From the NCBI GenBank assembly GCA_900539345.1, contig UQBS01000001.1:6938-70937 (forward strand): a stretch of DNA of 64,000 nt, in the 5' to 3' direction. Under the pieces are notes generated by a model, which saw only the letters and a list, made by a program, of their open reading frames with translations, searched no databases and was not told the origin of the DNA. This DNA comes from an uncultured Coriobacteriaceae bacterium (GTDB taxonomy: Bacteria; Actinomycetota; Coriobacteriia; Coriobacteriales; UMGS124). The position numbers were made by a program, and so were the translations under genes. Shown in pieces: positions 60,328 to 64,000 of this stretch; position 1 is the first letter of the stretch, and each line of letters begins with the position of its first letter.

Positions 60328-61440
60328 TTAGAACTCGGCGACGACTTCGGGGGTAAGCGAGGCCACGCTTGCCACGGCCACGCGCGCCGTGTTCATCACG
60401 TCGTCGATGCTGGCGATGGCGCAGTTCGAGTGGATGTAGCGGCAGGGGACGCCGGCCACCACGCAGGGGATGCCGTTGTCCATGAGGTGTGCGATGCCGC
60501 CGTCGGTGCCGCCGCCCACGCGCACCGCGCCCTGGGCAGGCAGGCCCGCCTGCTTGGCCGCATTGAGCACGAAGCGCTGGTAGCGGGGGTGCGTGATCAT
60601 GCAGCAGTCGGCGTAGCGCAGCATCGGGCCCTGGTTGACGCAGCACTGCGCGTCGTCGGGGTTGCCGAACGTGTCATCGGCCGGGGCGCCCTCGAACATG
60701 AAGCAGACGCTGGGGTTGAAGTGACGCACGGCGCTCGCCACGCCGCGCTCGCCAACCTCTTCCTGGGCGCTGACCGAGGCAACGACGTCGAAGGGCAGGT
60801 CGAGCTTGGAGAGCTCGCGCATGGCCAGCAGCATGGCGGCCACGCCGGCGCGGCAGTCGAAGGCCTTGCCGAACATCATGCGCTGCTCGGGCTGGTAGTG
60901 GAACGTGGTGGCCGGGCACACGGGCTCGCCGACGCCCATGTGGAACTTCTCGATGGCCTCCTGCTTGCTCGTGGCGCCCACGTCGATCTTGAGCTCCATG
61001 CCGGCAAGGCCCGCCTCGCGCTCGGCGGGCGTCATGAAGTGCGGGGGCTTTGCGCCAACGACGCCGCGCACCCAGTTGCCCTCGGTGGTGCGCACGAGCA
61101 CCTCCATGCCGATGGTGCTGCCCTTGGAGAAGCCGCCCAGGTTGATGAAGGTGAGGGTGCCGTCGGCGTGGATGGACTTCACCATGAGGCCCACCTCGTC
61201 GCCATGGGCGTCGAGCATGACGACGGGCTTGGTGCCCGAGAAGTTCTTGGGCTTGATGAAGCCGCACATGAGCGAGTTGCGCTCGAAGTCGGCGAAGGGC
61301 TCGCAGAACTCCTTGACGGCCGCGAGGGTCTCTTCCTCGAAGCCCGAGGGGCTCTTGGCGTTGGAAAGCTTGCCCATGAGGTTGACGACTTCGGCGTCCT
61401 CGAAGGCAATGCTTGCGGCATCGATGCTTGAGCAAGTCAT
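60328..61440 (-). CDS. M42-family metallo-aminopeptidase (FrvX/YsdC-like)
   Basis: VMLDAHGDEVG...GGTDGG pattern. Start trimmed to ATG 61440. Confidence 0.8.
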   Translation of the reverse strand: MTCSSIDAASIAFEDAEVVNLMGKLSNAKSPSGFEEETLAAVKEFCEPFADFERNSLMCGFIKPKNFSGTKPVVMLDAHGDEVGLMVKSIHADGTLTFINLGGFSKGSTIGMEVLVRTTEGNWVRGVVGAKPPHFMTPAEREAGLAGMELKIDVGATSKQEAIEKFHMGVGEPVCPATTFHYQPEQRMMFGKAFDCRAGVAAMLLAMRELSKLDLPFDVVASVSAQEEVGERGVASAVRHFNPSVCFMFEGAPADDTFGNPDDAQCCVNQGPMLRYADCCMITHPRYQRFVLNAAKQAGLPAQGAVRVGGGTDGGIAHLMDNGIPCVVAGVPCRYIHSNCAIASIDDVMNTARVAVASVASLTPEVVAEF

Positions 61441-61728
61441 GAAGCAAATCCCCTTTCGTTTGGCATGCCGGGCCGCACGGGGCGGCTCGCGCTGGGTGAC
61501 CAGATTGCACGCATCATAGCCCGCTTGTGCCATGAGGGAAACACTGGCGACCATTCAGTTCAAAACGGCCACGCAAGGTGGGGTAGCGAAAGGGGCTCCG
61601 GTGCGGTCTTGGCGATTGAGGAGAGTTGCGCTTCCGTTCACAAGATGCAAACGTTGGAGGTTAGAATGGCGCTCGTTCAATTCGGGCGACCGACATCGCG
61701 CCGGCCGCGTCAACGAAAGGGGACCGCC

Positions 61729-62571
61729 ATGCGTTTGGCTCGCATCACTTGGCCTCAGTGCCAGGCCTATTTCAAGGACAACGACACCGTCCTCATCGGC
61801 GTGGGATCCATTGAGTGCCACGGCCTGCACAACCCGCTCGGCACTGACACCATGGCGCCCGACTATCTCATGGACCTCATCGAGGCTCGCGAGCCCAGCG
61901 TGCTCATCGCCCCCACCGTGCCCTACGGCGCTACCGACGACCTCATGGGCTTCCCGGGCACCGTGTCGCTGGGTGTGCAGGGCCTCATCGACGTGCTTAT
62001 GAGCATCACCGATTCGCTGTATGCCTATGGCGCGCGTCGTTTTGTCTTTGTGAACGGCCACGGCGGCAACGTCAAGTCCATCGCCACGGTGTGCTCGGCT
62101 CTCAACGAGCAGGGCTGCATCGCCGTCCTCATGAACTGGTGGAAGATGGCCCCTCAGCTTAACCCCGCATGGGGCGGCGGCCACGGCGACGGTATGGAGA
62201 CGAGCGCCAACCTCGCCATTGATCCCGAGAGCGTGGATATGACGGCGCTTGCCCCCGAGGCACTGCGCGATGACTTCGGCCCCTCGCTCAAGACGACAGG
62301 CTGGGTGAGCGTGGAGTGGGACGGTGTGTCGGTCGACATGCCCCGCCCGCTCGTGCGCATGGCCTCCAACGGCTGGGTGGCCGAGGGCCACGACAACCCG
62401 CCTGAGACCGCCAGCGCCGAGCTGGGCAAGGCCATGCTCGAGGGCACGGCCGACTACATCGCCCGCTTCGTGGCCAACCTGCGCGATGTGGAGCTGCCCG
62501 AGCCGCTGTGCTACGAGGACGAAACCGCCAAGGGACTGGCATACATCGAGGGTCTTAAGGCTGGCAAATAG
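61729..62571 (+). CDS. creatininase-family amidohydrolase, paralogue 1
   Basis: GSIECHGLHNPLGTD...FVNGHGGN motifs. AAAGGGGA RBS. Confidence 0.8.
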   Translation: MRLARITWPQCQAYFKDNDTVLIGVGSIECHGLHNPLGTDTMAPDYLMDLIEAREPSVLIAPTVPYGATDDLMGFPGTVSLGVQGLIDVLMSITDSLYAYGARRFVFVNGHGGNVKSIATVCSALNEQGCIAVLMNWWKMAPQLNPAWGGGHGDGMETSANLAIDPESVDMTALAPEALRDDFGPSLKTTGWVSVEWDGVSVDMPRPLVRMASNGWVAEGHDNPPETASAELGKAMLEGTADYIARFVANLRDVELPEPLCYEDETAKGLAYIEGLKAGK

Positions 62572-62650
62572 CAACGCGTACTGTATGGTTGAAGGTTGCT
62601 GTAAACCCTAAAGGTCGCAGCTTATCGCCTTGTTTGAAAGGAAGCTCACC

Positions 62651-63427
62651 ATGCGTCTTGAACGTAGCACATACCCTCAAGTAGAGGCTTATCTTGAAGG
62701 TAATGACACCGTGCTCATGCTCTTTGGCTCCACCGAGCAGCACGGCAAGCACAACCCGTTGGGCACCGACTCGTTTGCTCCGCAGAAGCTCTCCGAGCTC
62801 ATCGAGAAGGACCTGCCGGGACTCCTCATCGCGCCTATCCTGCCTTTCGGCTCCTCGCCTCGTTTCGTCGAGTTCCCCGGCACGTTCAACCTGGGCGACC
62901 AGCTCTACCTTGCCGTGGTGAAGAAGCTTTGCGAGAACCTTTACGACCAGGGTTTCCGTCACTTCGTGTTCTTGAACGGCCACGGCGGCAACTCCAAGGC
63001 GCTCACTGAGTGCCAGCTCGACCTTGCCCAGAAGGGCTGCCGTGCGGCATTGCTCAACTGGTGGAGCATGGTGGCCGACTTCAACCCGGAGTGGGCCGGC
63101 GGCCACGGTGGCGGCCAGGAGACGAGCGCCAACCTCTACATCGATCCCACCATGGTGGACCTCGACAGCGTCGAGGGCATGGGCCTCATCAACGACTTGG
63201 GTGACGACATGCCCAGCGTCCACTTCGACACCGTGAAGTACAAGGGCGTGAGCGTGACGGTGCCTCGCCCCACCAACTATTACGCTGAGAACGGCTGGAT
63301 CGGTCCCGACGACCCCAAGAAGGCCAGCGCCGAATGGGGCCGCGAGATGATGGAGACTGTGGCTGCTTGGATGGTCGACTTCATCCAAGCGTTCTCCAAG
63401 ACTCCTCTGCCCGATTCCGAGGACTAA
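62651..63427 (+). CDS. creatininase-family amidohydrolase, paralogue 2
   Basis: GSTEQHGKHNPLGTD...FLNGHGGN motifs. GAAAGGAAG RBS. Confidence 0.8.
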   Translation: MRLERSTYPQVEAYLEGNDTVLMLFGSTEQHGKHNPLGTDSFAPQKLSELIEKDLPGLLIAPILPFGSSPRFVEFPGTFNLGDQLYLAVVKKLCENLYDQGFRHFVFLNGHGGNSKALTECQLDLAQKGCRAALLNWWSMVADFNPEWAGGHGGGQETSANLYIDPTMVDLDSVEGMGLINDLGDDMPSVHFDTVKYKGVSVTVPRPTNYYAENGWIGPDDPKKASAEWGREMMETVAAWMVDFIQAFSKTPLPDSED

Positions 63428-63442
63428 GGAATTCGACGCGGC

Positions 63443-64000
63443 ATGCGTAAGACGCGGGCGGGAGCACAGACAACGCTAGAGGGCATCGAGGTCGTGCGCT
63501 CACGGCGCAAGACGCTCGCCCTTGAGGTGAAGGCTCCCGCCCGCGTTATCGTGCGCGCCCCCATGCGCACCTCGCAGAAGGCGATTTGCGAATTTGTGGA
63601 GAGCCACCGTGCCTGGATCGCTGCGGCACTTGCACGTGTGCAAGCCCGCCAGGAGGCGCGTGCTCAGGCTGTCCAGCAAGAGGGCCTGCTGACCGAGGAG
63701 GACCTTGCGGCGCTTGCGCGCCAGGCCCGCCTGATAATCCCGGCACGCGTGGAGCACTTCGCCGCCCAGATAGGCGTGACCTATGGCCGCATAACCCTGC
63801 GATGCCAAAAAACGCGCTGGGGCAGCTGCTCGACGGCGGGCAACCTCAACTTCAACGTGCTGCTCATGCTCGCCCCGCCCGAGGTGCTCAACTACGTGGT
63901 GATTCACGAGCTGTGCCACCGCCTTGAGATGAACCACTCCGCACGCTTCTGGGACCTTGTCAGTCGTTACGATCCCGACCAGCGCCTCCATCGCGCCTGG
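63443..64000 (+). CDS. YgjP-like (DUF45) metal-dependent hydrolase, 3' end beyond window
   Basis: Absent from the track because there is no stop in the window. ATG at 63443. RWGSCS...NLNFNVLL...VVIHELCHRLEMNHSARFW with an HExxH motif. Confidence 0.75.
   Translation, partial: MRKTRAGAQTTLEGIEVVRSRRKTLALEVKAPARVIVRAPMRTSQKAICEFVESHRAWIAAALARVQARQEARAQAVQQEGLLTEEDLAALARQARLIIPARVEHFAAQIGVTYGRITLRCQKTRWGSCSTAGNLNFNVLLMLAPPEVLNYVVIHELCHRLEMNHSARFWDLVSRYDPDQRLHRAW

Overview
Visibly GC-rich bacterial chromosome segment. Gene content and codon style resemble a Coriobacteriia/Actinomycetota anaerobe, but that taxonomic call is inference. Five blocks. (1) 1-7777, host genes: a partial 2-oxoacid:ferredoxin oxidoreductase gamma subunit, an HTH-less LysR-type ligand-binding protein, phenylacetate-CoA ligase, LarE, YhbY, and a glutathionylspermidine-synthase-like ATP-grasp enzyme abutting a 629-aa orphan. 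(2) About 7.8-42.8 kb: a roughly 35 kb siphovirus-type prophage lying against tRNA-Asn. It has a large serine recombinase at the right end and an unusually HTH-rich lysogeny/early region. The minus-strand late operon runs HNH, TerS, TerL, SPP1-type portal, MuF-toxin fusion plus immunity gene, scaffold, HK97-type capsid, connectors, tail tube, G/GT chaperone with an A_AAA_AAC slippery site, tape measure, Dit, Tal-like, baseplate and fibre genes, holin, amidase. Cargo includes an MqsR-MqsA-SecB-like tripartite TA-chaperone module, HicAB, a Lar-like anti-restriction gene and a Gp49-like cassette. (3) 42.8-44.5 kb: tRNA-Asn, an atypical peptide-deformylase paralogue, tRNA-Leu, about 0.6 kb of non-coding DNA, tRNA-Gly. 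(4) 46.7-52.8 kb: a three-gene TerB-N/TerB-C + P-loop ATPase + Lhr-like helicase cluster that fits the Shango anti-phage system. (5) An XdhC-family protein, a five-gene Opp/Dpp-type peptide ABC transporter, an M42 aminopeptidase, two tandem creatininase-family genes and a partial YgjP-type metallopeptidase. Many long ORFs in the supplied track are antisense or off-frame shadows typical of GC-rich DNA and were not called. All functional calls rest on my reading of the translated sequences; no database search was run.
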